Below are positions 53,177-62,113 of a stretch of DNA of 64,000 nt, in pieces. The translations under genes and the position numbers were made by a program. The notes under the pieces were generated by a model. It did no database searches, was not told where the DNA came from, and saw only the letters and a list, made by a program, of their open reading frames with translations. Position 1 is the first letter of the stretch. Each line of letters starts with the position of its first letter. The DNA comes from Thermoanaerobaculia bacterium. Lineage in GTDB: Bacteria > Acidobacteriota > Thermoanaerobaculia > UBA5066. The DNA lies in NCBI GenBank assembly GCA_963719225.1, contig CAVRAY010000001.1, forward strand, positions 3,712,001-3,776,000, read 5' to 3'.

Positions 53177-54072
53177 GGAGCGCTCCCGGGGTTCCCGGCG
53201 GGGTGAACGTCGCTTTCCGTTTCCACGCGGAACCGTTTGAGATTCCCGAACTCGAATCGGAAGGAGGTGTCGAGGCGGAAGAAGAGCGCCGTCTTCCCCC
53301 TGAGCCGGAGCTCGACGACGCAGGGAAACCACATGTTTCCTCCGAGGGGCTGGCCCGTGTACGCGATTTCCGCGGTCTTCACGTTCGCGGCGAGACCGCC
53401 TGCCACCTTCACGGGTTTCGTGAGGTGCGCGACGACGGAACGGACCTGAAAGTCGACGGCGTCGATGACGGCACGACCCGCGAGCGCGTTCAGCGCGCGG
53501 TCTCCGAGGGTCTTCGCCGCCGGCGCCGAGGGGTCCGGCGAAAAGTCGAGGACGTACGCGGGCCGCCCCTCCACGATTTCCTCGCCGACGACGCGGATGT
53601 CGAAGCGGCCGATGAGCTCCGAGAGGCGCCTCTTGCCGACGAGGGGATCCTCCTCGTCGCCGGAAACCTGCTCGACGCGGCGCGCTTCCGCAGCGGCTTT
53701 TTGCTCGAGGCGTTTCTTCCGGCTCTTCTCGTCTTCCTCGGCGGCCTTGCGCTTCTCGGCCTCGGTCGCGGGGCGCCCGTCGACCTCGACGAGCTCGCGC
53801 GACCCCTCCTCGCCCCCGTTTCCCGACAGCACGTAGAAGAGGCGCGAGGCGATTTCCTTCGCCCGGCCGTCCGGGCCCCACTCGATCTTCACCTCGCGCT
53901 GGTCGAACGTGGCGCCGTCGAACGCGGCCTCGACCCGGCGCTGGCTCCTCACGACGCGCCGGACGAGGTCTCGCGCGTCCACCTCGTATGCGGACGCCGT
54001 GATCTCCGCGCGGGCCGCTCCGGGAAGAAGCGAAACGGCGAGGACGGCGCAGGCCGGCGAACGAGCCTTCAT
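53173..54072 (-). CDS. Secreted hypothetical protein (LolA/MucB-like fold suspected)
   Basis: Signal peptide; GEEIVEGRPAYVLDF.P motif; ATGA overlap with the next gene. Confidence 0.65.
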   Translation of the reverse strand: MKARSPACAVLAVSLLPGAARAEITASAYEVDARDLVRRVVRSQRRVEAAFDGATFDQREVKIEWGPDGRAKEIASRLFYVLSGNGGEEGSRELVEVDGRPATEAEKRKAAEEDEKSRKKRLEQKAAAEARRVEQVSGDEEDPLVGKRRLSELIGRFDIRVVGEEIVEGRPAYVLDFSPDPSAPAAKTLGDRALNALAGRAVIDAVDFQVRSVVAHLTKPVKVAGGLAANVKTAEIAYTGQPLGGNMWFPCVVELRLRGKTALFFRLDTSFRFEFGNLKRFRVETESDVHPAGNPGSAP

Positions 54073-54130
54073 GACCTTGCGGACTATACGGCGCCGGGTT
54101 TTCGGTACGATGCAAGGACAAGGAGTCGGA

Positions 54131-55033
54131 ATGCGCGTGGTCGTGGCGGGTGGGACCGGGTTCATCGGTTCGAAGCTCTGGGAGAGCCTGCTCGCGCGAG
54201 GGCATGACGTCGTCCTTCTCACGCGTGACGCGTCCCGGTCGCGAGACCACGTCCACCCGAAGGTCCACGTCGTGTCGTGGGCAAAAGGCGCCGCCTGGGA
54301 GCCGTGGATCGACGGCGCCGGGGGAATCGTGAATCTCGCCGGCGAAACCATCGCGCAGCGCTGGACGAAGGCCGCGAAGGAGAGGATCCGGACGAGCCGG
54401 CTCGACGCCACCGCGAAGCTCTGCGGGGCGATCGAGAAGGCGATTCTGAAGCCGTCCGTCCTCGTTAACGCCTCGGCGGTCGGCATCTACGGGCCTCGGG
54501 GGGACGAGACCCTCTCGGAGGAGTCCTCCCCCGGCAGCGACTTTCTCGCGACGACGTGCCTCGCGTGGGAGGCGGCTGCGAGGGAGGCCGAGCCGCTGGG
54601 CGCGCGCGTGGCGATGATACGGACCGGAGTCGTGCTCGGCCGGGGCGGCGCTCTCGCGAAGATGCTCCCGCCCTTCAAGGCGTTTCTCGGCGGCCCGATC
54701 GGAGAGGGCGGCCAGTGGATGTCCTGGATCCATCTGGACGATCTCGTCGCCCTCTACGTCTTCGCGCTCGAGAACTCCCAGATAGCGGGCCCTCTCGACG
54801 GCACGGCTCCGAATCCCGTCACGATGAAGGACTTCGCCGCGGCTCTCGGCCGCGCGTTGCACCGGCCGAGCCTGCTCAAGGTCCCCGCGCCGGCGGTCCA
54901 CATCCTCCTCGGCGAGATGTCGACGGTCGTGCTCGACGGCCAGCGCGTCCTGCCGAAAAAAGCGCAGGAGGCCGGCTTCACGTTTCGCTTCCCCGAGGTC
55001 GACGCCGCTCTTCGGGACGCCGTGGGAGACTGA
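54131..55033 (+). CDS. TIGR01777/YfcH-family NAD-dependent epimerase
   Basis: GGTGFIG, NLAGE, SR...T, SAVGIYG, G.QWMSWIH, GQRVLP. Confidence 0.92.
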   Translation: MRVVVAGGTGFIGSKLWESLLARGHDVVLLTRDASRSRDHVHPKVHVVSWAKGAAWEPWIDGAGGIVNLAGETIAQRWTKAAKERIRTSRLDATAKLCGAIEKAILKPSVLVNASAVGIYGPRGDETLSEESSPGSDFLATTCLAWEAAAREAEPLGARVAMIRTGVVLGRGGALAKMLPPFKAFLGGPIGEGGQWMSWIHLDDLVALYVFALENSQIAGPLDGTAPNPVTMKDFAAALGRALHRPSLLKVPAPAVHILLGEMSTVVLDGQRVLPKKAQEAGFTFRFPEVDAALRDAVGD

Positions 55034-55036
55034 CGC

Positions 55037-57301
55037 GTGGCACTCGTCGGCCGCAGCGTCCCGCGGGCGGATGGGCCGGCCAAGGTCGCCGGGACGGCCC
55101 GTTACGTCGACGATCTGACGCGGCCGGGCCTTCTCTTCGGCGCGACTCTGAGAAGTCCCGTGGCGCGCGGTCGTCTGCGAGGGATTCGACGGGATCCCGC
55201 GTTCGACTGGTCCGGTGTCACGGTCGTGACCGCCGAAGACGTGCCGGTGAACGTCGTCGCCCTCATCGAGGAGGACCAGCCCGTTCTCGCGTCGGACGAG
55301 GTGCGCCACGCGTACGAGCCGATCGCGCTCGTGGCCGCCGAGGATCCCATCCGCGTCGCCCGCGCCCTGCGCGCCCTGACGCCGGAGATCGAGGCGCTGC
55401 CTCCCGTCCTGACGGTCGCCGAATCGCTCGCGCGGAAGGTCCAGATCCACGGGCCGGACAACGTCTTCGCGACGTATCGGATCTCGAAAGGCGATGCGGC
55501 CCGGGCGATTCCCTCGAGCCCCGTCCGCCTGACGGGACGGTATCGGACGCACCATCAGGAGCAGCTCTACATCGAGCCTCAGGGCATGCTCGCGTTCTGG
55601 GACGCAGGCGGTGCTCATCTGGTGGGCTCGCTCCAGTGCCCGTTCTACGTCCACAAGGGCGTCAAGCGCACCTTCAGCCTCGACGACGCGCACGTCGACG
55701 TGACGCAAGCCGTGACGGGCGGCGGATTCGGCGGGAAGGAGGAGTACCCCACTCTCCTCGCTCTCCATGCCCTCCTCCTTGCGAAGAAGAGCGGCCGGCC
55801 CGTGAAGATGATCTACAACCGTCAGGAGGACGTCGAGGCGACGACGAAGCGCCATCCCTGCGACGTGACGATCGAGTCCGGCTGCGACCGCGAGGGCAAC
55901 CTGTCGGCGGTCTGGATCAAGATCGTCATGGACGGCGGCGCGTACGTCACGCTCACTCCGGTCGTTCTTTCGCGCGCCGCCCTCCACGCCGCCGGCGCCT
56001 ATCGGTGGGAGCACGTCGCGATCGAGGCCGTCGCGGTCGCGACGAATACGCCCCCGAACGGCGCCTTCCGCGGCTTTGGAGCCCCGCAGACGATCTGGGC
56101 CATCGAGCGGCACATGGACCGCATCGCGCGCGAGCTGTCCGCCGATCCGCTCGAGCTGCGCGAGAAGAATCTCCTTCGGGTGGGCGACACGACGCCGACG
56201 GGCCAGTTCCTGAAGGAGTCGGTCGGCGTGCAGCGCTGCATCGAAGAGGCGCGCAAAGCGAGCGGCTGGGAGAAGAAACGTTCGGCGCTCGGGAGCGGCG
56301 CGCCCGCGCGTCCCGTCTCCGCGCTCCTGCGCCGGAACGCGCCGGGCGGATCCACTCCGCGGAAGTCCCGCGGCATCGGCGCGAGCGTCTTCCTGCACGG
56401 AGCCGGCTTCACGGGTTCGGGGGAACGCAGGCTGAAAGGCCAGGTGGCGATCGACATGCTCCGGAATCCGTCGGGGAAAAAGCCGATCTTCCGGATCCGC
56501 ACGGCATCCACGGAGATCGGGCAGGGCACCGAGACCGTCTTCCGCCAGATCGCGGCCGAGGCGCTCTGGGTCTCCATGGACCGCGTGGAGTTCGCCCAGC
56601 CGTCCACCTCCCTGGTCCCCGACTCGGGCCCCACCGTCGCGTCGCGCACCGTGATGATCGTCGGCTCGATCGTCGAGCGCGCGGCGCGCGAGCTCTTCGC
56701 GCGCATCGAGTACGAGCGCCAGAAACGTGGAGGCTCCTTCGACGAAGCGGCGCTCCGGCTCATCGCCAAGGAACCGGTCGTCTCCCAGAAGACGTACGAG
56801 ACTCCAAAGGACCTCGTCTGGGACGACGAGACGTACCACGGCGACGCCTACCCCGTCTTTGCCTGGGGCTGCGACATCGCCGAGGTCGAGGTCGATCTCG
56901 ACACGTTCGAGACGACGGTTCTCGGCTTCTGGGCCGTCCAGGACGTGGGGAAGGCCATCCACCCGCTCCTGTGCAAGGGACAGATCGAAGGGGGGACGCT
57001 CCAGGCCATCGGATGGGCGCTGAACGAGAAGCTCGTCTTCAAGGACGGCAGGATCCTGAACTCCCGCATGGCGAACTACATCGTGCCCACGAGCCTGGAC
57101 GCTCCGAGGTTCACGACCATCCTCGTGGAGGATTCGTACTCGAAGGGGCCGGGCGGCGGCGCCAAGGGAATCGGCGAGCTGCCCATGGACGGCGGCGCGC
57201 CCGCGATCGCGGCCGCGATCGAGCACGCGACCGGAATCGTCCACGACGACCTGCCGCTCCTGCCGGAGGACCTCTTCGCGGCCCGTCGGGCGGGGACGTG
57301 A
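55037..57301 (+). CDS. Xanthine dehydrogenase family molybdopterin-binding subunit
   Basis: GGGFGGKE, AFRGFGAPQ, EIGQG, TVASR, GQIEGG, AKGIGE. Confidence 0.92.
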   Translation: MALVGRSVPRADGPAKVAGTARYVDDLTRPGLLFGATLRSPVARGRLRGIRRDPAFDWSGVTVVTAEDVPVNVVALIEEDQPVLASDEVRHAYEPIALVAAEDPIRVARALRALTPEIEALPPVLTVAESLARKVQIHGPDNVFATYRISKGDAARAIPSSPVRLTGRYRTHHQEQLYIEPQGMLAFWDAGGAHLVGSLQCPFYVHKGVKRTFSLDDAHVDVTQAVTGGGFGGKEEYPTLLALHALLLAKKSGRPVKMIYNRQEDVEATTKRHPCDVTIESGCDREGNLSAVWIKIVMDGGAYVTLTPVVLSRAALHAAGAYRWEHVAIEAVAVATNTPPNGAFRGFGAPQTIWAIERHMDRIARELSADPLELREKNLLRVGDTTPTGQFLKESVGVQRCIEEARKASGWEKKRSALGSGAPARPVSALLRRNAPGGSTPRKSRGIGASVFLHGAGFTGSGERRLKGQVAIDMLRNPSGKKPIFRIRTASTEIGQGTETVFRQIAAEALWVSMDRVEFAQPSTSLVPDSGPTVASRTVMIVGSIVERAARELFARIEYERQKRGGSFDEAALRLIAKEPVVSQKTYETPKDLVWDDETYHGDAYPVFAWGCDIAEVEVDLDTFETTVLGFWAVQDVGKAIHPLLCKGQIEGGTLQAIGWALNEKLVFKDGRILNSRMANYIVPTSLDAPRFTTILVEDSYSKGPGGGAKGIGELPMDGGAPAIAAAIEHATGIVHDDLPLLPEDLFAARRAGT

Positions 57302-57774
57302 GGATCGCGTTCGTTCTCAACGGGAAGAAACGCGCGGTCGACGCGCCTCCTCTCGCGCGTCTCGTCGACCTCCTGCGCGGGCCTCTCGGCCTCACGGGAA
57401 CGAAGGAAGGCTGCGGGGAAGGCGAGTGCGGCTCGTGCACGGTCCTGCTCGACGGGATCCCCGTGAACGCGTGCCTCGTCGTGGCCGGCCAGTGCGACGG
57501 ACGCACGGTGCTGACGGTCGAAGGGCTCGGGATCAGGGACGGGCTCTCCGACCTCCAGGAGGCGTTCGTGAAAGAGGGCGGCGCCCAATGCGGCATCTGC
57601 ACGCCCGGCTTTCTCATGGCGGCGCACGCGCTCCTCACGGCGAACCCGCAGCCCGGAGAGGGCGAGATCCGGGAGAGCATCGCGGGCAACGTGTGCCGCT
57701 GCACCGGCTACCAGCGGATCGTCGAGTCGATCCGGCACGCCGCCAAGGAGCGGACCTCGCGTGAATCCGGCTGA
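57298..57774 (+). CDS. Xanthine dehydrogenase family 2Fe-2S subunit
   Basis: GTKEGCGEGECGSC...C, QCGICTPG, GNVCRCTGY; GTG start overlapping the previous stop. Confidence 0.93.
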   Translation: MRIAFVLNGKKRAVDAPPLARLVDLLRGPLGLTGTKEGCGEGECGSCTVLLDGIPVNACLVVAGQCDGRTVLTVEGLGIRDGLSDLQEAFVKEGGAQCGICTPGFLMAAHALLTANPQPGEGEIRESIAGNVCRCTGYQRIVESIRHAAKERTSRESG

Positions 57775-58660
57775 GATCGCCCTCTACCCGTTCGAACGCC
57801 CGGCCACTCTCGCCGAGCTCTGCCGGACGCTCTCGGCCCGCGCGGGGCGAAAAGAGAAGACCGTTCTCCTCGCCGGGGGAACGGACTGGATCGTGGAGCG
57901 GGGCCTCGCGCCGCCGGAGAACCCGGACGACCTCCCGCTCGTTCTCGACGTCTCGCGCCTCCCCGAGCTGCGCAGCATCCAGGTCGCGAAAGAGCGCGCC
58001 GCCATCGGGGCCGCCGCCACGTTTCTGGAGATCCGAAGCCATCCCGTGCTCCTGAGGCGCGTGCCGGTCCTGACGGCCATGGCGCGCGAGGTGGGCGCGA
58101 TCCAGATCCAGTCGCGGGGGACGCTGGGAGGCAACCTCGCGACGGCGTCTCCCGCGGCCGACGGCGCCGCAGCCCTCATGGCCCTCGATGCCGAAGTCGT
58201 CCTCGCGAGCCTTCACGGCGAGCGGCGGGTGCCCGTGACGCAGTTCTTCACGGGCTATCGCACGACGCGGCGGGCCGAGGACGAGATCATCGTCCGCGTG
58301 GAGTTCGTCCTCCCGCGAACCGGCGCTCACCAGGCCTGGCGAAAGGTAGGAACCCGCGCGGCCCAGGCGATTTCGAAGGTCGCGCTGGCGGCGGTCGCGG
58401 AGGTCGAGCGGGGCCGCGGGGTCCGCGCCGGGTTGGGAATGGCGTCGGTGGCGCCCGTCACGGCCTCTCTCCCGACGGTGCGTGCGCTCGCCCTCGCGCC
58501 GAGCCTCGCTTCGGTCTCCGACGAGGAGCTGGATGCCGCGACACGGCGAGATATCTCCCCCATCGACGACATCCGCTCGACCGCGGCCTACCGGTCCCAC
58601 GTCGCGTCCGCACTCGTCAAGGCGTTCTTCCGTCAGCTTCGGGCGGCCTCCGGTCCCTGA
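57761..58660 (+). CDS. Xanthine dehydrogenase family FAD-binding subunit
   Basis: LAGGTD, QIQSRGTLGGNL..ASPAAD, PIDDIRSTAAYR. Confidence 0.92.
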   Translation: MNPAEIALYPFERPATLAELCRTLSARAGRKEKTVLLAGGTDWIVERGLAPPENPDDLPLVLDVSRLPELRSIQVAKERAAIGAAATFLEIRSHPVLLRRVPVLTAMAREVGAIQIQSRGTLGGNLATASPAADGAAALMALDAEVVLASLHGERRVPVTQFFTGYRTTRRAEDEIIVRVEFVLPRTGAHQAWRKVGTRAAQAISKVALAAVAEVERGRGVRAGLGMASVAPVTASLPTVRALALAPSLASVSDEELDAATRRDISPIDDIRSTAAYRSHVASALVKAFFRQLRAASGP

Positions 58661-58714
58661 CTCGCCCACGACGTTCCGGGACCCGTATGATCACGCATCC
58701 CGCGGAGGTGACCG

Positions 58715-59497
58715 ATGCGCGAGATCGTGCGGCACGAGCCAGGCACTTTTTGCTGGCCGGAGCTCGCCACGACGGACGCCGCCTCCGCCAAGATGCTGTA
58801 CGGCAGCCTCTTCGGGTGGACGTTCGACGACCGGTCCGCGGAGTCCGAGCCGACGTATTCGATCGCGCGGCTGGCCGGCAGAGACGTGGCCGCGCTCTAC
58901 TCTCTCGCGCGCTCGCAGACGACGAACGGCGTTTCCCCCCACTGGAATTCGTACGCGGCCGTCGCGAGCGCGGACGAGAGCGCCTTGCGCGTGAAGGTTC
59001 TCGGCGGAACGATCTTCGGAGCGCCCTTCGACGTCGGGAAGAACGGACGCATGGTGATCGCGAAGGACCCTCAGGGCGCGACGCTGTGCCTCTGGGAGGC
59101 GCGCGCGCATCCGGGGGCGCAGATCGTCGGAGAGATCGGCTCCCTGTGCTGGACCGAGCTCGCGACGACCGACACGGTCGCCGCGGGCCACTTCTACGCG
59201 AGCCTCTTCGGGTGGGCGCTGAAGAAGCAGGAGACGGGCGCACGGGCCTACACGGAGCTGTGGAAGGGTCCGCGGCCCGCGGGCGGAATGATGGAGATCG
59301 ACAAGGATCGAGCTCCTGCCGAGCCCGCGTGGGACGTGTATTTCCGCGTGGCCGATTGCGACGCCGCCGTTTCGAAGGCGTTGACGCTGGGGGCGCGTCT
59401 CTGCCGGGAGCCGGTCGACGTCGAGAAGGTTGGCCGCTCCGCCTTCCTGAGGGACCGCGAGGGCGCGACGTTCGCGGTCATGGCGCTCGCGCCCTGA
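58715..59497 (+). CDS. Two-domain VOC/glyoxalase-family protein (CFP32-like)
   Basis: Two repeats CW.ELATTD...FY..LFGW...W..YF.V...D..GA. Confidence 0.85.
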   Translation: MREIVRHEPGTFCWPELATTDAASAKMLYGSLFGWTFDDRSAESEPTYSIARLAGRDVAALYSLARSQTTNGVSPHWNSYAAVASADESALRVKVLGGTIFGAPFDVGKNGRMVIAKDPQGATLCLWEARAHPGAQIVGEIGSLCWTELATTDTVAAGHFYASLFGWALKKQETGARAYTELWKGPRPAGGMMEIDKDRAPAEPAWDVYFRVADCDAAVSKALTLGARLCREPVDVEKVGRSAFLRDREGATFAVMALAP

Positions 59498-59500
59498 GCG

Positions 59501-61180
59501 TCATTTCGTCAGTTTCCGGTACTTGATCCGGTGCGGGCGGTCGGCCTCGGCGCCGAGCCTCTTGTGCCGGTCGGCTTCGTAGTCCTGATAGTTGCCCTCG
59601 TACCAGACGACCTTGCTGTCGCCCTCGAACGCGAGCATGTGCGTCGCGACGCGGTCGAGAAACCAGCGGTCGTGGCTGATCACGACCGCGCATCCGCCGA
59701 AAGCGAGGAGGGCTTCCTCGAGGGCGCGCAGGGTGTCGACGTCGAGGTCGTTCGTGGGCTCGTCGAGGAGCAGGAGGTTCCCTCCCCTCTTGAGCGTCCG
59801 CGCCAGGTGAAGGCGGTTCATCTCCCCGCCCGAGAGATTCGCGACGAGCTTCTGCTGATCGGCGCCCTTGAAGTTGTACATCGCGCAGAAGGCGCGGCTC
59901 GGCATCTCGCGCTTGCCGAGAAGAACGATGTCCTGCCCCTGCGAAAGCTCGTCGTGCACGGTCCTCTTCGCGTCGGGCTTCTCGCGGTTCTGGTCGACGT
60001 AGCTCGGGACGACCGTCTCGCCTACGTGGAGCTTTCCCGAATCCACCTTCTCGAGCCCCATGATCATCTTGAAGAGCGTCGTCTTTCCCGCGCCGTTCGG
60101 GCCGATGATCCCGACGATGCCGCCCTTGGGCAGGTCGAAGGCGAGGTCCTCGAAGAGCAGCGTGTCGCCGAAGGACTTCTTCACGCCTTCGGCCCGCACG
60201 ACGACGTCTCCGAGGCGCGGCCCCGGGGGAATGTAGATTTCGTTCGTCTCGCCGCGGGCTTCGACGCCGCTCTCGCTGACGAGCTGCTCGTACGCCAGAA
60301 GGCGTGCCTTGCTCTTCGCCTGGCGGGCACGGGGAGACATGCGCACCCACTCGAGCTCGCGCTTGAGCGTCCTCTGGCGCGCGCTCTCCGTCTTCTCCTC
60401 GATCTCGAGGCGGGCCTCCTTCTGCTCGAGCCACGAAGAGTAGTTTCCCTTCCAGGGGATACCCGCTCCGCGGTCGAGCTCGAGGATCCATCCCGCGACG
60501 TTGTCGAGGAAATAGCGGTCGTGCGTGACGGCCACGACCGTGCCGGGGAAGTCCTTGAGGAACTGCTCCAGCCACGCGACCGACTCGGCATCGAGGTGAT
60601 TCGTGGGCTCGTCGAGAAGGAGCATGTCGTTCCGCTCGAGGAGCAGCCGGCACAGCGCGACGCGCCGCCTCTCGCCGCCGGAGATCTTCGTCACGTCGGC
60701 GTCGGGCGGCGGACAGCGCAGCGCATCCATCGCGCTCTCGAGCGTCCGATCCAGCTCCCAGCCGTTGGCGGCCTCGATGGCGTCCTGCACCTTCCCGTAC
60801 TCGGCCATGACCTTGTCCATCTCGGCCTCGGGAAGACTCTCGCCCATCTTCTCGCCGAGCGCGTCGAAGCGCGCGAGCAGTTCCTTCACGGTCTTGACGC
60901 CGTCCTCCACGTTCTGGAGCACGGTCTTCTTCGGGTCGAGCTGGGGATCCTGCGAGAGATGGCCGATGCGCGTCCCTTCGGCCGGGGTGGCCTCTCCCGT
61001 GAATTCCTTGTCGAGGCCCGCCATGATGCGCAACATCGTCGACTTGCCGGCGCCATTGAGCCCGAGGACGCCGATCTTGGCCCCCGGAAAGAACGAGAGA
61101 TAGATGCCCCGGAGGATTTCCCGCTGCGGCGGGACGACTTTCCTCAGGTTCTGCATCGTGAAGATGTATTGCTCGGCCAT
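59501..61180 (-). CDS. ettA: Energy-dependent translational throttle protein EttA (ABC-F)
   Basis: YIFTM..L.K, SFFPGAKIGVLGLNGAGKST, two ABC domains, ELEWVR, HRIKYRKL C-terminus. Confidence 0.95.
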   Translation of the reverse strand: MAEQYIFTMQNLRKVVPPQREILRGIYLSFFPGAKIGVLGLNGAGKSTMLRIMAGLDKEFTGEATPAEGTRIGHLSQDPQLDPKKTVLQNVEDGVKTVKELLARFDALGEKMGESLPEAEMDKVMAEYGKVQDAIEAANGWELDRTLESAMDALRCPPPDADVTKISGGERRRVALCRLLLERNDMLLLDEPTNHLDAESVAWLEQFLKDFPGTVVAVTHDRYFLDNVAGWILELDRGAGIPWKGNYSSWLEQKEARLEIEEKTESARQRTLKRELEWVRMSPRARQAKSKARLLAYEQLVSESGVEARGETNEIYIPPGPRLGDVVVRAEGVKKSFGDTLLFEDLAFDLPKGGIVGIIGPNGAGKTTLFKMIMGLEKVDSGKLHVGETVVPSYVDQNREKPDAKRTVHDELSQGQDIVLLGKREMPSRAFCAMYNFKGADQQKLVANLSGGEMNRLHLARTLKRGGNLLLLDEPTNDLDVDTLRALEEALLAFGGCAVVISHDRWFLDRVATHMLAFEGDSKVVWYEGNYQDYEADRHKRLGAEADRPHRIKYRKLTK

Positions 61181-61236
61181 GAGGGCGGGAATGTAGCAGG
61201 AAGCAGGGATAGGATTCCGCCCACGGGAGGACACCC

Positions 61237-61479
61237 ATGTGGCTGATCGTGGAACTCGCCCTGTGTGCGCTCGCGGGTTGGGCGACCGGACAGATCATGA
61301 AGGGCGGTGGCTATGGTCTTCTCGCGGACATCCTGTTGGGAATCGCTGGAGGCTGGATCGGAGGTTTTCTGCTCGGCCGTTTCGTCGCGGGAGGCGGTCT
61401 GCTGGGCGAATTCCTCATCCGCCTCGTTGGAGCCGTCGTCCTCGTCGCGCTCGTGAGGTTCTTCAGTAGACGGATCTGA
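61237..61479 (+). CDS. GlsB/YeaQ/YmgE (transglycosylase-associated) small membrane protein
   Basis: AGWATGQIMKGGGYGLLADILLGIAGGWIGG; GGAGG SD. Confidence 0.85.
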   Translation: MWLIVELALCALAGWATGQIMKGGGYGLLADILLGIAGGWIGGFLLGRFVAGGGLLGEFLIRLVGAVVLVALVRFFSRRI

Positions 61480-61522
61480 CCCCGCGGAGCGGGAGCGCTT
61501 TGGAATCCCGCGATAAACTCCC

Positions 61523-61559
61523 TTGCACTTAGTTTAGACTTAGTCTAGATTATGTCCAA
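61523..61559 (+). promoter_or_regulatory. dps promoter with overlapping Fur/PerR-like palindrome
   Basis: TTGCAC (61523-28), 17 nt, TAGATT (61546-51); TAGACT-T-AGTCTA palindrome at 61535-61547. Confidence 0.6.
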
Positions 61560-61570
61560 GGAGGGTTTCC

Positions 61571-62065
61571 ATGGCCAAGAAAGGCAAGAACAAAAAAGGC
61601 ACGAAGGACGTCGCGGGAGTCGTCGCGAGTCTTCAAAGGCAGCAGGCGAACGCGCTCGTCGCTTACCTCAACTACAAGAAGTATCACTGGCTGAGCTACG
61701 GGCCGCTCTTCCGCGACATCCACCTGCTGCTCGACGAGCAGGCGGCGCAGGTGTACGCCACGATCGACGAGTTCGCCGAGCGCGCCATCATGATCGGCGG
61801 CGCGCCGCTGGGCGACCCGGCCGACTATCTTCCGAATTCGAGCGTGAAGGCCTCGAAAGGCAGGCTTTCCCTCGACGAGATGATCGCGGAGGCGCGTGCC
61901 ACGCTCGACCTCGTGATCGAGGAGATGCACGTGGACACCCAGGTCGCGACCGAGGCCGGCGACATCGGCACGGCCGACCTCTACACGCGCCTCGTCCAGA
62001 CCCACCAGAAGAACCGCTGGTTCCTGAACGAGATCCTGCGGAAGAAGGACGGCCTCACGAGCTGA
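61571..62065 (+). CDS. dps: Dps DNA-binding ferritin-like protein
   Basis: KKYHW...GPLFRDIHLLLDE...DEFAER...GD.GTADL...K.RWFL; Lys-rich N-terminal tail. Confidence 0.93.
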   Translation: MAKKGKNKKGTKDVAGVVASLQRQQANALVAYLNYKKYHWLSYGPLFRDIHLLLDEQAAQVYATIDEFAERAIMIGGAPLGDPADYLPNSSVKASKGRLSLDEMIAEARATLDLVIEEMHVDTQVATEAGDIGTADLYTRLVQTHQKNRWFLNEILRKKDGLTS

Positions 62066-62113
62066 GCGAGCCGACGGCGCGGGAGCACAGCGAGTCCCCG
62101 ATAGACTCCCGGG

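Noticed and set aside
53177-57244. 1546-aa minus ORF 52604..57244 and 1072-aa plus ORF 54556..57774
   Set aside because: High-GC shadow or off-frame ORFs; only their last ~190 and ~158 codons encode recognisable proteins.
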